A stretch of 64,000 bases of DNA from positions 101,560,747 to 101,624,746 of the forward strand of contig NC_068982.1 of assembly GCF_001194135.2 (NCBI RefSeq). Direction: 5' to 3'. Within the stretch, counting starts at the first letter, position 1. Each line of letters opens with the position of its first letter. Below the pieces are notes generated by a model. The model was given only the letters and a program-made list of their open reading frames with translations. It made no database searches and had not been told where the DNA came from. Made by a program: the position numbers and the translations under genes. This DNA comes from Octopus bimaculoides (taxonomy: Eukaryota). Shown here piece by piece: positions 1 to 13,328 of the stretch.

Positions 1-132
1 CATATACAAACATACACTCGAAAGCATATACAAACATACAAACGAAAACATATACAAACATACAAACGAAAACATATACAAACATATAAACGAAACGAAA
101 ACATACAAACATACACACGGAAACATACACAC
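1..132. repeat. 24-bp minisatellite (CATATACAAACATACAAACGAAAA), about 5 degenerate units
   Basis: Units are read directly; two are exact at 25-72. Confidence 0.9.
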
Positions 133-585
133 GCGTACTCTTCATTAACATGCATGCATATCTATATACATGCATGTATAAGGGTGTGTTAGTATATAAA
201 TAAATTATAAATGAATTTGCTAAGAACAATGTTATAAATAATTTTAAACGGTAGATTTCGTAAACAACCAAGGAGGGAACCCCCTACGAGCTCACTAGGC
301 ATTCAAGAAATAGCAGTCAGGTCTGTTTCAAAGAAGCCTATTATCTTAACATATGCAGAGTTAATATTATCTTCTTCAAATTTTATCAAAACATTATTCT
401 TGACTAAGCATCGAATTCAATGCATTAGCGAGAATTAACCTCAAATAAAGCGTAAAACTTACGTATTAGAAGATAATATCTTATGAGTGAATCTAAAGGA
501 ATGAGCCCATGAGAACAATATTTTTAGACAAAGAACTATTGGTAAACTGTTCATGAATAAATATATCACATTATATATATTTTTA

Positions 586-801
586 TATTGATTTCAAATT
601 TTGGCACAAGGCCAGCAGTTTCGAGGGAAGGGATAAGTCGATTACATCGATCCCAGTTCTCAACTGGTACTTAATTTATCGACCCCGAAGTATTAAAAGA
701 AAGGTGGACCCCGGCGGGATTTGAACTCACAACGTGATGACGGAAGAAATGCCGCTAAGCATTTATTTGGTGCGGCAACGATTCTGTCAGCTCTTCACCT
801 T
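586..801 (-). mobile_element. tRNA-derived SINE, family A (head GGCGGCGAGCTGGCAGAATCGTTAGC)
   Basis: Matches the many other copies in the window, e.g. 53825-54054; B-box-like GAGTTCAAATCC on the minus strand. Confidence 0.85.
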
Positions 802-943
802 ATAGATATTTATATATTGTAAACAAACCTATAAGAGTCTAGTAAGTGGGTGTTCTGCAGAAAATAAAGTTATTCTCGAGAGCAGGATGGCTGTGGAGAT
901 AGCTTAGAAAATCCGACAAATACTTTTTAGGAGATGGAAAAAA

Positions 944-990
944 GAGTCAGTAAGCCTCTACAGTGAATCGAACCCTGTACCTCTCAAATT
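944..990 (-). mobile_element. tRNA-like SINE head fragment of a rarer family
   Basis: Minus strand ATTTGAGAGGTACAGGGTTCGATTCACTGTAGAGGCTTACTG aligns with 1152-1197 on the plus strand. Confidence 0.6.
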
Positions 991-1119
991 AAGAAAAGAG
1001 ACAACTGACAGCAAATACTGTCCCATGGTGCTTATAATTTTGTTTATAAAATGTTCTCAGTTTCAATAGAAAGCTATTATTTAGCATTATAAAAAGTGGG
1101 ATTTGTTCTTAGGGGATTT

Positions 1120-1200
1120 CTTAGCTTAACGGTACAAAGCGTTCGAACGGGATTTGAAAGGTACTAGGTTCGACTCTCCGCAGAGGCTTACCGGTCACTT
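1120..1200 (+). mobile_element. tRNA-like SINE head of the same rarer family
   Basis: A box TAGCTTAACGG at 1122-1132 and B box GGTTCGACTC at 1167-1176; no cloverleaf closure. Confidence 0.65.
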
Positions 1201-1610
1201 TTTACCCCCGTGTGTATTATNNNNNNNNNNNNNNNNNNNNNNNNNNNNNNNNNNNNNNNNNNNNNNNNNNNNNNNNNNNNNNNNNNNNNNNNNNNNNNNN
1301 NNNNNNNNNNNNNNNNNNNNNNNNNNNNNNNNNNNNNNNNNNNNNNNNNNNNNNNNNNNNNNNNNNNNNNNNNNNNNNNNNNNNNNNNNNNNNNNNNNNN
1401 NNNNNNNNATATATATATATATATATATATATTTGACTCTCGTTGCTACGTTGTAGCCTGACTCTACGGTATATCTGTGTCATTTTATAAAAAGCATTAC
1501 AGAGAACAGTACTTTAACGTGGTTTGGCTATCGAGCCCCTAGTCTTATCGGAAATCTTGCATTTTGACACATTATTAAGTACACACACAGGCATATATAT
1601 AGCTATTGTA

Positions 1611-2436
1611 TATTCTGTTAAGAACGTAGTAAAAGTATAGTAAAAAGCTCGTTCACCTTCAGGTTTACCCTGTGCTAACCCGAAGTAGTATTATACGTAC
1701 CTCCAGGTTTGCGTTTGAGAATCAGTCGTGTGTGGATGTACAATTGAAAAAAAATGGAATGAACAAGAAGGGGTGCGGTTGAACATTTATTTCTTAATTA
1801 CTACAATTGTTTCCACGCAACGTAGTTCTCCAGGAATGCAGGTCCTTGATTATGACTACTACTAAAAAATTCAGGCCACGTCAGAGAGAGAGAGAGAGGA
1901 TGTTCTTGAAGCAGAGGATTTTAAACTTACGGAAACAATATTTACATATCGCCTGAGGAAATACAACTAGATCTCATAATGCAGGGAAACAGTTGCATAA
2001 TGAAGTACCTTCACTCCCAGAGAACTATGTTGCGTGTAAACNNNNNNNNNNNNNNNNNNNNNNNNNNNNNNNNNNNNNNNNNNNNNNNNNNNNNNNNNNN
2101 NNNNNNNNNNNNNNNNNNNNNNNNNNNNNNNNNNNNNNNNNNNNNNNNNNNNNNNNNNNNNNNNNNNNNNNNNNNNNNNNNNNNNNNNNNNNNNNNNNNN
2201 NNNNNNNNNNNNNNNNNNNNNNNNNNNNNNNNNNNNNNNNNNNNNNNNNNNNNNNNNNNNNNNNNNNNNNNNNNNNNNNNNNNNNNNNNNNNNNNNNNNN
2301 NNNNNNNNNNNNNNNNNNNNNNNNNNNNNNNNNNNNNNNNNNNNNNNNNNNNNNNNNNNNNNNNNNNNNNATATATATATAGTTGAGGCGTATTCTGTTA
2401 AGAACGTATTAAAGTACAAATAGATCTCGTTCACCC
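1611..2436. mobile_element. Probable Penelope-like terminal-repeat remnants
   Basis: A direct repeat of about 47 bp at 1611 and 2391, and an inverted repeat of about 25 bp at 1810-1834 and 2016-2040 with a degenerate hammerhead-like layout. Confidence 0.4.
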
Positions 2437-3970
2437 TTATTATAAGGTAAATCGTTAACTAATTTAATTTAATTTTAATTTTAATTTAAATCTTGTATAT
2501 ACCTAGATCTATATGTATCGAAACATTTGTAGTGATCATTAAAAAGCTGCTCAACCGTACTTACTCTTCCTTTTGACTCTTTTACTCTTAACTTCTGCGA
2601 TTATATATATATATATAACATCATAACTATCGTTCATTGTTGATGCAGAAAAATATCAATGCAATGGGAATCAACACCAAGCACAGGAGCACACATGTTC
2701 CTAAGCCATATTTCGATAGTAAAGCAATTCATTGACACTATAGTTTGGTATAAAAAAGAGAGACTTATTCCTTAAGTTAGCGGGGCAAGTCACCACGAAT
2801 GGGTACATAGCAAGAAGAGGCTAAAATATGAAGGGTTTAACGAATTGTGTGGGGCAAATATACAACTTCCTTCGTCTATTTCCACGAGGATGTAGGTCTG
2901 CTTCAGAACCCAGAATGTTCTACTTAGCCGAATACTATTTAGGAATACTAACAAAGAAATGATATACGAATTTGAGAGATATTGTAAGAAACAGTGCAAA
3001 ATAAAAGTGAAAAGAAAGTGTAAAGAACAAAGCCTCAGCAAGCAGTAAAATGAAATACTTGCTGCATGTATGGAGTGTTTAAGATAAATGCAGCTTAGTG
3101 TGGTGTGTGCATGGCCGATGGAGAAAAAAAAGAAGCATAATGGAACATGACCGAAAAACCTAGAGATTCTTTTGTAGCATCAATGCTGATTGTCACCGCT
3201 GAAGAGAGTGTTAGTCAGAAGGTGCTGAAATCGTTATTATCCCAAGCAGACAGCTGATGAAGGAGATGTCACACAGGTATATGTATAACATATTTATGTA
3301 TCTGAGTCTCTATGCGTGAGTGTGCTTGTGTGTATAGCTATCTTCCTTGTCTCACATGTTACTCTGTGCAACATTTATTCATAACTTATACCAGTACTAA
3401 GCACCTCGTATCCCTACGTCAGTTCGTCTCTCTAAAGTACCAGTCTTTCGAAAATACCAGAGTCGCCTGGAGTTTGTACTTAGTGCGGTATAAGGATACA
3501 ACGTGATATTACCCAGGGCAAGTTTACATTACATGATATATACATACATACATGCATACATACATACATACATACGTACACACACATACACATATATTTA
3601 TATATGTGTGNNNNNNNNNNNNNNNNNNNNNNNNNNNNNNNNNNNNNNNNNNNNNNNNNNNNNNNNNNNNNNNNNNNNNNNNNNNNNNNNNNNNNNNNNN
3701 NNNNNNNNNNNNNNNNNNNNNNNNNNNNNNNNNNNNNNNNNNNNNNNNNNNNNNNNNNNNNNNNNNNNNNNNNNNNNNNNNNNNNNNNNNNNNNNNNNNN
3801 NNNNNNNNNNNNNNNNNNNNNNNNNNNNNNNNNNNNNNNNNNNNNNNNNNNNNNNNNNNNNNNNNNNNNNNNNNNNNNNNNNNNNNNNNNNNNNNNNNNN
3901 NNNNNNNNNNNNNNNNNNNNNNNNNNNNNNNNNNNNNNNNNNNNNNNNNNNNNNNNNNNNNNNNNNNNNN

Positions 3971-4004
<34 letters not shown>

Positions 4005-4802
4005 TGCACACAAATACACGCATGCACACGCTCGCACGCACACACACACACACACACACACACAGAAACATACAGACGCACAGTCAAACACTGAGTAAAA
4101 GAAAGAAAGAAAGAAAAAAGAGAGAGATTGAGAGAGACAGGCAGACAGGCAGACAGACAGACAGATAGATTTATGTGTATGTTATCTGTTAACGTTTGCG
4201 GATGTTTCCTATAAACCCAGTTAACTGTCTTTGTATGAATGTATTTGATCTTTTATATTCGTTCGGCTTACAAAATAGCTCTGGATTCTGTATTTATTTG
4301 TTTCTGTGTATATAGCTTTGTGTTGTGTGAAATGTGTATGATTAGTGATTGTATGCTTCTTTTGAAATGTGGTGAGCAAAAAAAGAAAAAAACTCGTACA
4401 AAAACCTACAATTCGCTATTCTGTATCTTCACCTTGTATAAGTGATTATGTTATATAATAGTCAATTAAAGTTCCCATTCACTTAGATAGAGGTTAGCTC
4501 CGTGTCGGGTGGGTGACTTTCGGAAACTGTTCCGGCTCCTCGCTTTCTGACAGCAACGCCTGAAACGGCGCCTGTGCCAATCTTTGTATTGTTAATTGGT
4601 TAAAATTACGTTTCTGTGATGTAATTGCTATCTGTTTCTCTCTCTCTCTTTCCTTCTACCTGTCTCCTCTACCCGACTCTCTCTCTNNNNNNNNNNNNNN
4701 NNNNNNNNNNNNNNNNNNNNNNNNNNNNNNNNNNNNNNNNNNNNNNNNNNNNNNNNNNNATATATATATATATATATATACATGCATATATATATACGCA
4801 TG

Positions 4803-5170
4803 CACACGGCGGATCAGTGGTTAGAGCGCCGAGCTTGCGATCGTGAGGCTGAGAGTTGGATTCCCGGACCGGGCTGCGTGTTGTGTTCTTGAGCATGGCA
4901 CTTTATTTCACGTTGCTCCAGTTCAGTCACCTGTAGAAATGAGTTGGGATGTCACTGGTGCCAAGCTGTATCAGCCTTTGCCTTTCCCTTGGATAACATC
5001 GGTGGCGTGGAGAGGAAAGTCTGGTATGCATGGGCGACTGTTGGTCTTCCATAAAACAACCCTGTGTTGTGCGTTCGCCGGTGAGGCGACTTTCCGCTTA
5101 GACTTGTACCCCGGATGGGAACCTCTTTGGTATACCCACCCATAGCCATTCGTGACCGACGGAGTCGAGT
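4803..5170 (+). mobile_element. tRNA-derived SINE, family C, near full length
   Basis: TCAGTGGTTAGAGCG A box, GAGTTGGATTCCC B-box-like, and body TTCTTGAGCATGGCACTTTATTTCACGTTGCTCCAGTTCA shared with 30669 and 31482. Confidence 0.85.
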
Positions 5171-5176
5171 TCTAGT

Positions 5177-5223
<47 letters not shown>

Positions 5224-5280
5224 GTGTGTACTGTTTGTGTGTGTGTGTGTGATAATATAATGTATATCTATATCAATCTC

Positions 5281-5322
<42 letters not shown>

Positions 5323-5550
5323 CATATATATATATATGTATATTATAAATGCAATATAATATATTATGTAATGTAATATACAAACATATATATATACACT
5401 TGATGTAATATATATATATATATATATATATATATTCCTACCTTTACTTNNNNNNNNNNNNNNNNNNNNNNNNNNNNNNNNNNNNNNNNNNNNNNNNNNN
5501 NNNNNNNNNNNNNNNNNNNNNNNNNNNNNNNNNNNNNNNNNNNNNNNNNN

Positions 5551-5611
<61 letters not shown>

Positions 5612-6488
5612 TACACACACACATGCACACAAATTGCTTAAGTTTGCAAATTTAACAGGAACTTTCATGGTGAAAATACTAGGATTTCAGTCACAAGGCA
5701 CTGCTGAACCCAAAAGCTATTGTACATTAGATTTACCTAACGTGCTGTGGAATTGGACCGCCGTCGGAATCGTGTGGATGGAAAGTAAACATTCTGATTT
5801 CACGAAATTAAAACTGAAATGGATTAACTTTAAAACTTTAATTGGGAATCTCAATTGGATAACTTGCTAAAGCACAGTGGCGATTCACAACTACTTTGCC
5901 GCACTCACCACAAAAATGAAAATATCAGTTATTTTTAACCTGAGTGTACAAGAGTCAATAATTTACAAATTAGAGATGTTTTGTAATTCATCGGTTTTCT
6001 TCTGAAAAAGTAATTTTAAACATGAATGAAGTGAAATTGTTTCAACTAAGAAAATAAATATGGTCATGGGTTGAGCTTTTGAGGTCCTCTCTGTATATCT
6101 ATAATACTCACCACAAAGAAATGTATGTGTTTATGTTGTGAATGGTTTTGTCAAGGGAGGACCGATAACGAATTGAGGCGCTGAGTGCAGCAGTTTGGAA
6201 GGTGATCATTCAGCCTATTTTTTCATTGGAGCCAAACATACACATACACGCTCGCTTGCAGTAAATATATAGACAAATGGATAGAAAGAAAAAAAGAGAG
6301 AGAGAGAGAGAGAAAAAGGAAGGAAGAAAAAGAAAAGAAAGAAAAAAAGAAACAAAGAAAGATAGAGCAAGGTAAGACATTACAATTTATTAACAGAACA
6401 CGATTGACGTAAACACTTTCCCTCTCCTCATAAACATACAGAATTATGCTTACGCACGCAGGCACGCAAACATAAGGAGACGTAGAAA

Positions 6489-6499
6489 AGATAGATAGG

Positions 6500-6542
<43 letters not shown>

Positions 6543-6583
6543 GTAGGTAGGTAGGTAGGTAGGTAGGTAGGTAGGTAGGTAGG
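6489..6583. repeat. (TAGA)n(TAGG)n compound microsatellite
   Basis: Read directly. Confidence 0.95.
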
Positions 6584-6842
6584 TTTTGTCGATAACATCA
6601 AGCCCTTTGCGCAGCTGGTACTCTATTTTATCGACCGCAAAAAGATGACAGGCAGAGTCAGCCGCGGCAGAATATGAACTCAGAAAGTAAATCCGGAAGA
6701 AATGAAAAGTCTTTAATATTTAGGATCCAATAAGTGTGGTCGCTTGAATTGCTAGAAAGAGAAGGCAAATATCTCTGAAATTATATGCTACCGTCTTAAA
6801 AATAATATTAAAAAAACAAAATAAGGATATATGGATACAATG

Positions 6843-7204
6843 TCGTTGTTGGCACTCCGTCGCTTACGACATCGAGGGTTCCAGTTGATCCGATCAACAG
6901 AACAACCTGCTCATGAAATTAACGTGCAAGTGGCTGAGCACTCCACAGACACGTGTGCCCTTAACGTAGTTCTCGGGGATATCTAGCGTGACAAGGCTGA
7001 CCCTTTGAATTACAAGCACAACAGAAAGTAAGAGTGAGAGAAAGCTGTGGTGAAAGAGTACAGCAGGGTTCGTCACCATCCCCTGCCGGAGCGTCGTGGA
7101 GCTTTAGGTGTTTTCGCTCAATAAACACTCACAACGCCCGGTCTGGGAATCGAAACCGTGATCCTATGACCACGAGTCCCTAACCACTGTGCCATTGCGC
7201 CTCC
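6843..7204 (-). mobile_element. tRNA-derived SINE, family D head with an RTE/Ceph-like 3' half
   Basis: Minus-strand head GGAGGCGCAATGGCACAGTGGTTAGG...GTTTCGATTCCC; 3' end CGACGGAGTGCCAACAACGACA. The Ceph-domain assignment is from recall. Confidence 0.8.
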
Positions 7205-8094
7205 ACATGGATATAATGTAGATAGCAACTATATATGTAAAGACTGGATGGTCATAGAGAAATACTTTTGAACATAGAATATTCGACCAGCAGCGATGTA
7301 GGGGAAGATAACCTCATTTTTGATTTTCGTTGAATAATCTTGTTGTTCATGTTTACGGAAAAAAGAAATAGTCGGGTGAAATGAATCAAGAATATTACTG
7401 GTACTAAATGTAGAGAATCTCGAAAGACAAATGGCTGAATAAACTCCGTCGGATTTCGATCTGAGTACATTGAGGGTGGAACGCTACTAGTGTAAGTTAG
7501 TTAGTTCCGACTCTGTTTAGTTTCTGCCGTCTCACTGCCTTACATACATACAGAATATTAATGTTAAGTGATATTCAAAATTCAACAACATCTTTGTGTT
7601 TATTTCCTGTAAACATACTTAATCTTGTTTGTGAACGAAACTCAAAGAGAGAGAGAGACAGAGACAGAGACAGACAGACAAAGACAGAGAGACGGAGAGA
7701 GAGCGATAAATAGATAGAGAGAGAGAGACGAGAGACGAGAGAAAAAATATCATCTATTTTAAGCTGAAGTGTTTGAATAAGAATTTTATCCCTAGGGCAT
7801 TTAAACTGACTACAAATCTGTTGAATGGATTGTATATAGCATTATGGATTTGAAAAATCCCATGGCTAACATCGCATGGAGAAAGACAACAGCAGTTATC
7901 CACGCTTGAATTAGCTTTATGAAAATCTGACAACCACAATCTGTAAGGTCCAATCCAAGGAAGAGAATAATCTGGAGACTTTTCGCATGCATTCTTGATT
8001 CAAATGCATTTATTGCTAAGCGATAACCAAAATTCAATTCCTACATGAGCAATTATTGATCTTCTCAGAATTGACAGAGAAGTACTATTGCTAT

Positions 8095-8134
8095 TATTAC
8101 TACTGCTAGTAGTAGTAGTGGTGGTAGTAGCAGC

Positions 8135-8189
<55 letters not shown>

Positions 8190-8323
8190 ACAGTAATAGT
8201 AGGTGCTGGGGAAGAATCAAATAGAATTATATTTGCAGCCGGGATACATCATTTTGTTGCTTGCTGCATGAAGGAAATTCAATGGTGTTATGTCTAAAAG
8301 GATAATATTGATAGCGATATTTA

Positions 8324-8375
<52 letters not shown>

Positions 8376-8385
8376 TGTAGTTGTT
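8095..8385. repeat. Two (TAG)n trinucleotide tracts
   Basis: Read directly; they explain the poly-Val and poly-Tyr ORFs. Confidence 0.95.
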
Positions 8386-8833
8386 GTTACCGTTTATGTT
8401 ATTGTTGCTGCTGCTGCTGATGATGATGATTATGAAGGTCGCTGTGTGCTGGTGAGGAGTTTGAACAGTGGTGGTTATGAATATGATCAAATGATGATCA
8501 TCACGACGGCAACTGCAAAAGCGAAGATGTTAACATAACCTAATTGTAAAAAAAAAACACAATATAATTAGTAGAAAATATCAATTGAAAATCCATGCCA
8601 CCTAACACAGCACATCATAGCAGTAAATGTATTGATAAAATGATAAATTGATACAAATCTTTGTTTTTCTCATAGTTTAAATAAATCTGATGCTATTCCA
8701 GCATGATCACAAAACAATACAGTTTAATCGCTTTAAAAATTCTGAAGAACTAAATAACCCCCGCACAAAAATAAAAATAAAGAAAAACGAAATTAAATGA
8801 ACTTTATGACTTAATTGATATCAATCCTATTCA

Positions 8834-8911
<78 letters not shown>

Positions 8912-9611
8912 CATGTATATATATATATATATATATCGATGTCGGTCAGGATTGCAATCACACAACAAATGTTGTTTGGGTGATTAGGCTAAACATACAT
9001 ATACTGCAACCAAAATAAACTTTATGAAAGTAATATTAAGTGTTATTCTCTAAGGATTTAATGTAAACATTTATTTAATACAAACTTAATTCAAATTAAT
9101 CTTATACAAACATTTATTGTAAATGCACTTAAATCAGCTTACAGCCTGCGAAATGCAACAAGGTCACACTTGTTTATGAGAGGGACAGCCATTTTTTCTA
9201 AACCAAATGTTGAATGTAGAAATTGAAAACAAATAAATATTATTACATCAGAACTTATCTTTTATTATTCTTTTCCTGGTTCATCACTGGACTAGGGCGA
9301 ACTTGGGGCACCCACCTTCCAGTATTCAAACGATAATATCTGTCCCTGTATATATTTTAACCTGTTATTTGTATTGTTCACTATTTGCCGAACGCAAAAT
9401 TATAGGGCATAAAAGGACACTGCAAACGACAGTTTTAGGACTAATGTGTGAGCATAAAGACACTCGTGATATATATTTATTTAGATACATACATATATAC
9501 AAATGCACGCACGCGCGCACTCATACAGTTATCTCTCTCTTTTTATATAAGTAAATGCATGCTATTGTACTAGCCTGTTGTCTATTTATCTTTAATCTTT
9601 TATATCTTTCT

Positions 9612-10065
9612 CTCATTGGACTGCGGTCACGCTGGGGCACCGCCTTCAAGAACATTTCGAATGAATCTACCCCAGTACTTTTTAATCCAGGTACTTATTC
9701 TAACGGTTTCTTTTGCCAAACCGCTAAGTTACGGGGACGTAAACACACCAAACATTAGCTGTCAAGCGGTGGAGAGTGGGGAAAAACACATACATACATG
9801 CATACATACAGACAGACAGACATACATACATACATATATATATAATACTTTTACTCTTTTACTTTTCACTTGTTTCAGTCATTTGCCTGCGGCCATGCTG
9901 GAGCACCGCCTTTAGTCGAGCAAATCGACCCCAGGACTTATTCTTTGTAAGCCTAGTACTTATTCTATCGGTCTCTTTTGCCGAACCGCTACGTTACGGG
10001 GACGTAAACACACCAGCATCGGTTGTCGAGCGATGTTGGAGGGACAAACACAGACACACAAACAT
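9612..10065 (-). mobile_element. Two 3' halves of SINE family B
   Basis: Reverse complement of GTTTACGTCCCCGTAACTTAGCGGTTCGGCAAAAGAGACCGATAGAATAAGTAC, present twice. Confidence 0.85.
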
Positions 10066-10782
10066 ACACACACACACACATACACACACACACACATACA
10101 CACACACACACATATATATACATATACATATATANNNNNNNNNNNNNNNNNNNNNNNNNNNNNNNNNNNNNNNNNNNNNNNNNNNNNNNNNNNNNNNNNN
10201 NNNNNNNNNNNNNNNNNNNNNNNNNNNNNNNNNNNNNNNNNNNNNNNNNNNNNNNNNNNNNNNNNNNNNNNNNNNNNNNNNNNNNNNNNNNNNNNNNNNN
10301 NNNNNNNNNNNNNNNNNNNNNNNNNNNNNNNNNNNNNNNNNNNNNNNNNNNNNNNNNNNNNNNNNNNNNNNNNNNNNNNNNNNNNNNNNNNNNNNNNNNN
10401 NNNNNNNNNNNNNNNNNNNNNNNNNNNNNNNNNNNNNNNNNNNNNNNNNNNNNNNNNNNNNNNNNNNNNNNNNNNNNNNNNNNNNNNNNNNNNNNNNNNN
10501 NNNNNNNNNNNNNNNNNNNNNNNNNNNNNNNNNNNNNNNNNNNNNNNNNNNNNNNNNNNNNNNNNNNNNNNNNNNNNNNNNNNNNNNNNNNNNNNNNNNN
10601 NNNNNNNNNNNNNNNNNNNNNNNNNNNNNNNNNNNNNNNNNNNNNNNNNNNNNNNNNNNNNNNNNNNNNNNNNNNNNNNNNNNNNNNNNNNNNNNNNNNN
10701 NNNNNNNNNNNNNNNNNNNNNNNNNNNNNNNNNNNNNNNNNNNNNNNNNNNNNNNNNNNNNNNNNNNNNNNNNNNNNNNNNN

Positions 10783-10819
<37 letters not shown>

Positions 10820-10823
<4 letters not shown>

Positions 10824-11900
10824 CTTGCAGATAATTTGAGACAAATTTTACGATGTATAAATCTGGTTATAAGCACTAAAATATTGGTAGTATGCAAATA
10901 TAATTTTTTATGTAGCATCCATTACAAAAACATTATCACTAAATATGGCCGCCCTTTTGAGCAATACTGCCTCCACACGAGAACGAAATTTTTTGAAGCT
11001 GCCAAAACCTCCGCATTTTTGATTTTCTGTGTCGCACGCACGATGCAGATCTTCAAACTGTTAACATTCGAGTGTGGTGGAGCACTTGGTCCTTGCTTGA
11101 AGTACACCCCATAAAAAGTAATCGAGCAAGTTATGATCTGAGCTATTACTGGGCTAGATGTTGGCACTCACAAAAATTGGCACCTTCTCACCAAGGAAGG
11201 CCTATGTTGCTTTAGACCCATGGCATGGTGCAGAATCCTAGATAAGCACCACATCGTGAAGACCAAACTTCTGCCCCCCCCCCTCCGAGGTAACAGAGAC
11301 TTCTTCAGGATGTCCAAATATTCCTCTGTGCCGATCTTCAAGCCAAACTCAATGAAGTGTGGATCCATAAAACTTCCATCACTCGCTACGGCTTCAAATA
11401 CCATCATAGGGGTTGGATTCTTAGTCCCAAACACAGTGGGGGCGTCAGCAGGGTTGTATGCTATCACTCGAGAAGTTCTACGATTCACCTCTCGTCCACA
11501 AACACAAGAGTTGTTCATGCACCATGATGCTTGTTGTATGACTGAAGCTGTAAGAATTTCTCGTATCTGATTGCTTTTACCTTCGCTGTTAGGAGGTGAT
11601 GGCGTCGTCAGACATAGCTAGTTATGCCAAGATTTTTGTTCACAGCTCCGGATACCGTGGTAAGGGACACATTGCGTTTCTTTGTAAGACTTGTCATGGA
11701 TGCCCAATTTCAGACTACTAAATTCCACTTGCAATGTACTGGTCAACCCAAGATTGAGGTAGAAGATACTTGAGCATGATGATCACCTAAAGGACTGGAT
11801 CGAAACCATGCAGTTGCGAACGGAGCATAAACTTACAGCATGTCTGCATCTAATTTTTTGTTTTAAGTGCATACATAGTGATTTTGTTTTTAAACAAAAG
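10820..11900 (-). mobile_element. Decayed Tc1/mariner-superfamily transposon, DD37D (maT) transposase pseudogene
   Basis: MVFEAVASDG..PHFIE..LKIGTEEYLDILK, then *DSAPCH (D at 11235-11237) to SSDHNLLDY (D at 11121-11123), with 37 residues between the two; stops and frameshifts; a second TIR was not found. Confidence 0.85.
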
Positions 11901-12079
11901 CCTTCGTCACTAATATTTCTTGGAGTTTTCGACTAAACTCGCTGCCGGTTATGTTTTAATGTAATCTCAACCTCAGTCACAATTTTGTAGCTGTGCTCTT
12001 TCGTATATCCTTTGCCGCATTTTTACTATTATCACTGATCTCATAGAAGGAAAAACTTGACATTTCTCACCAACAGAAA

Positions 12080-12290
12080 AAAAACTAATATCAGGAATTG
12101 AAGCTCTTGTTAAAGAATGGTATGCAACCAAATTTCCTATTCGTGTTTGCTGCGGCGGTTTTTCAACAAGATCGGTGCACTATTTCCTGCAGAAGATTGG
12201 TTTGGAAAACAAACAACTGAAAGAAAAAAAGCCACTAACAGGAAAGGCTAGCAATTCAGGTGTGAAGAGACTGCAGATGGAATCCTGACC
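12080..12290 (+). mobile_element. 3' fragment of an RLE-type LINE (R2/HERO-like endonuclease end)
   Basis: KYQEL..(frameshift)..WYATKFPIRVCCGGFSTRSVHYFLQKIGL resembles the RLE C-terminal pattern W...PIEVGCRGF...S...FL..IG. Confidence 0.6.
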
Positions 12291-13076
12291 CTGAGACACT
12301 AGCTGAAAATATGAATAGGTTTTCAAGATCATGATTATTTTAGTAACCCAGGGTGTTTATTTTACCGATTACCATATCAAAAATGAATGTAACAAAAATT
12401 AAATGTATATTGTTTTTGCTTTTCTAACTTTCATGTTTTTGCTTTTCTAACTTACATTGACTTACATTTTTTTCCGGCCGGGCATGAACTCTATAAACCC
12501 CAATAATCATGAAAGCCCGTAAAGTATATAAGTACTACACTACTTCTGTTGGTTAGCTTATAGAATTAAAAGAAGAAAAAAATTAAACTGAAGTTGGTCA
12601 TATTTATTCATAGATATTTTATTTTCCTTATCTCCTTATCATCTATCATTTTAGAAATTCGCGACCTTAGTTCATTATTGTTTTTGACGATATTATTGTT
12701 GTCAATAAACGGATATAAGTTTTTGAAATAAAGTTCTAAAATTATATCAGTTTAAGAAAAAAATGTTTAAGAGTGATTTGGTTTGGAACTGATCTTGTCA
12801 CAAAGATAATCGATTGAAACGTTCTTGTCTGGCAAATATGACTGACTACAACATGATTTTCTCTCTCTCTTTCTATTTTCATTTTTCATTTTTATTTTTT
12901 ATATTATTTTGTTCTCACGCAGATAATATCTTCAATTGGTATCGTCTGGCTAGAGATGTTAGAATAGAAATTAATCAAAATAAAAACTATAAAAAGAAAA
13001 CCAAAAGACAAACGTATTATTTTATTTAATGAGCTGCTTTAAAAGCTCTGAATATCTGCTAATTAGACTAACTCAC

Positions 13077-13328
13077 AATAGCTGTTGATTTTTAAAATTG
13101 TCATTTGTTTGTTCTTCACACCGCAGGAGAAATATGAATATGGCTGCACATAACTATAGTGAAATAATGAGTAAACATTCCACAATACGCTTCCCATGGA
13201 AATCAGACAAACTCGATGTTTCCTGATCACCCGTATATGGCAAACTCCGAGTAGCGGGGAAGGTCGTGTGGATCCTGAGTAGTCACCAACTAAATATGAA
13301 ATTTGCTTCAGGTATTGAGTTTTCTTTC
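13077..13328 (-). other. Candidate 252-bp internal exon (phase 1-1, open frame)
   Basis: Acceptor ...GTGTTGCAAACAG|G and donor ATT|GTGAGT; 84 codons without a stop in one frame; no recognisable family. Confidence 0.25.

Noticed and set aside
4540-4580. CTGACAG...GAAAC as a hammerhead
   Set aside because: The core is wrong and there is no stem II and no UH site.
7770-8060. Possible LINE or GIY-YIG remnant
   Set aside because: Only vague motif resemblance in different frames; it could not be assigned.
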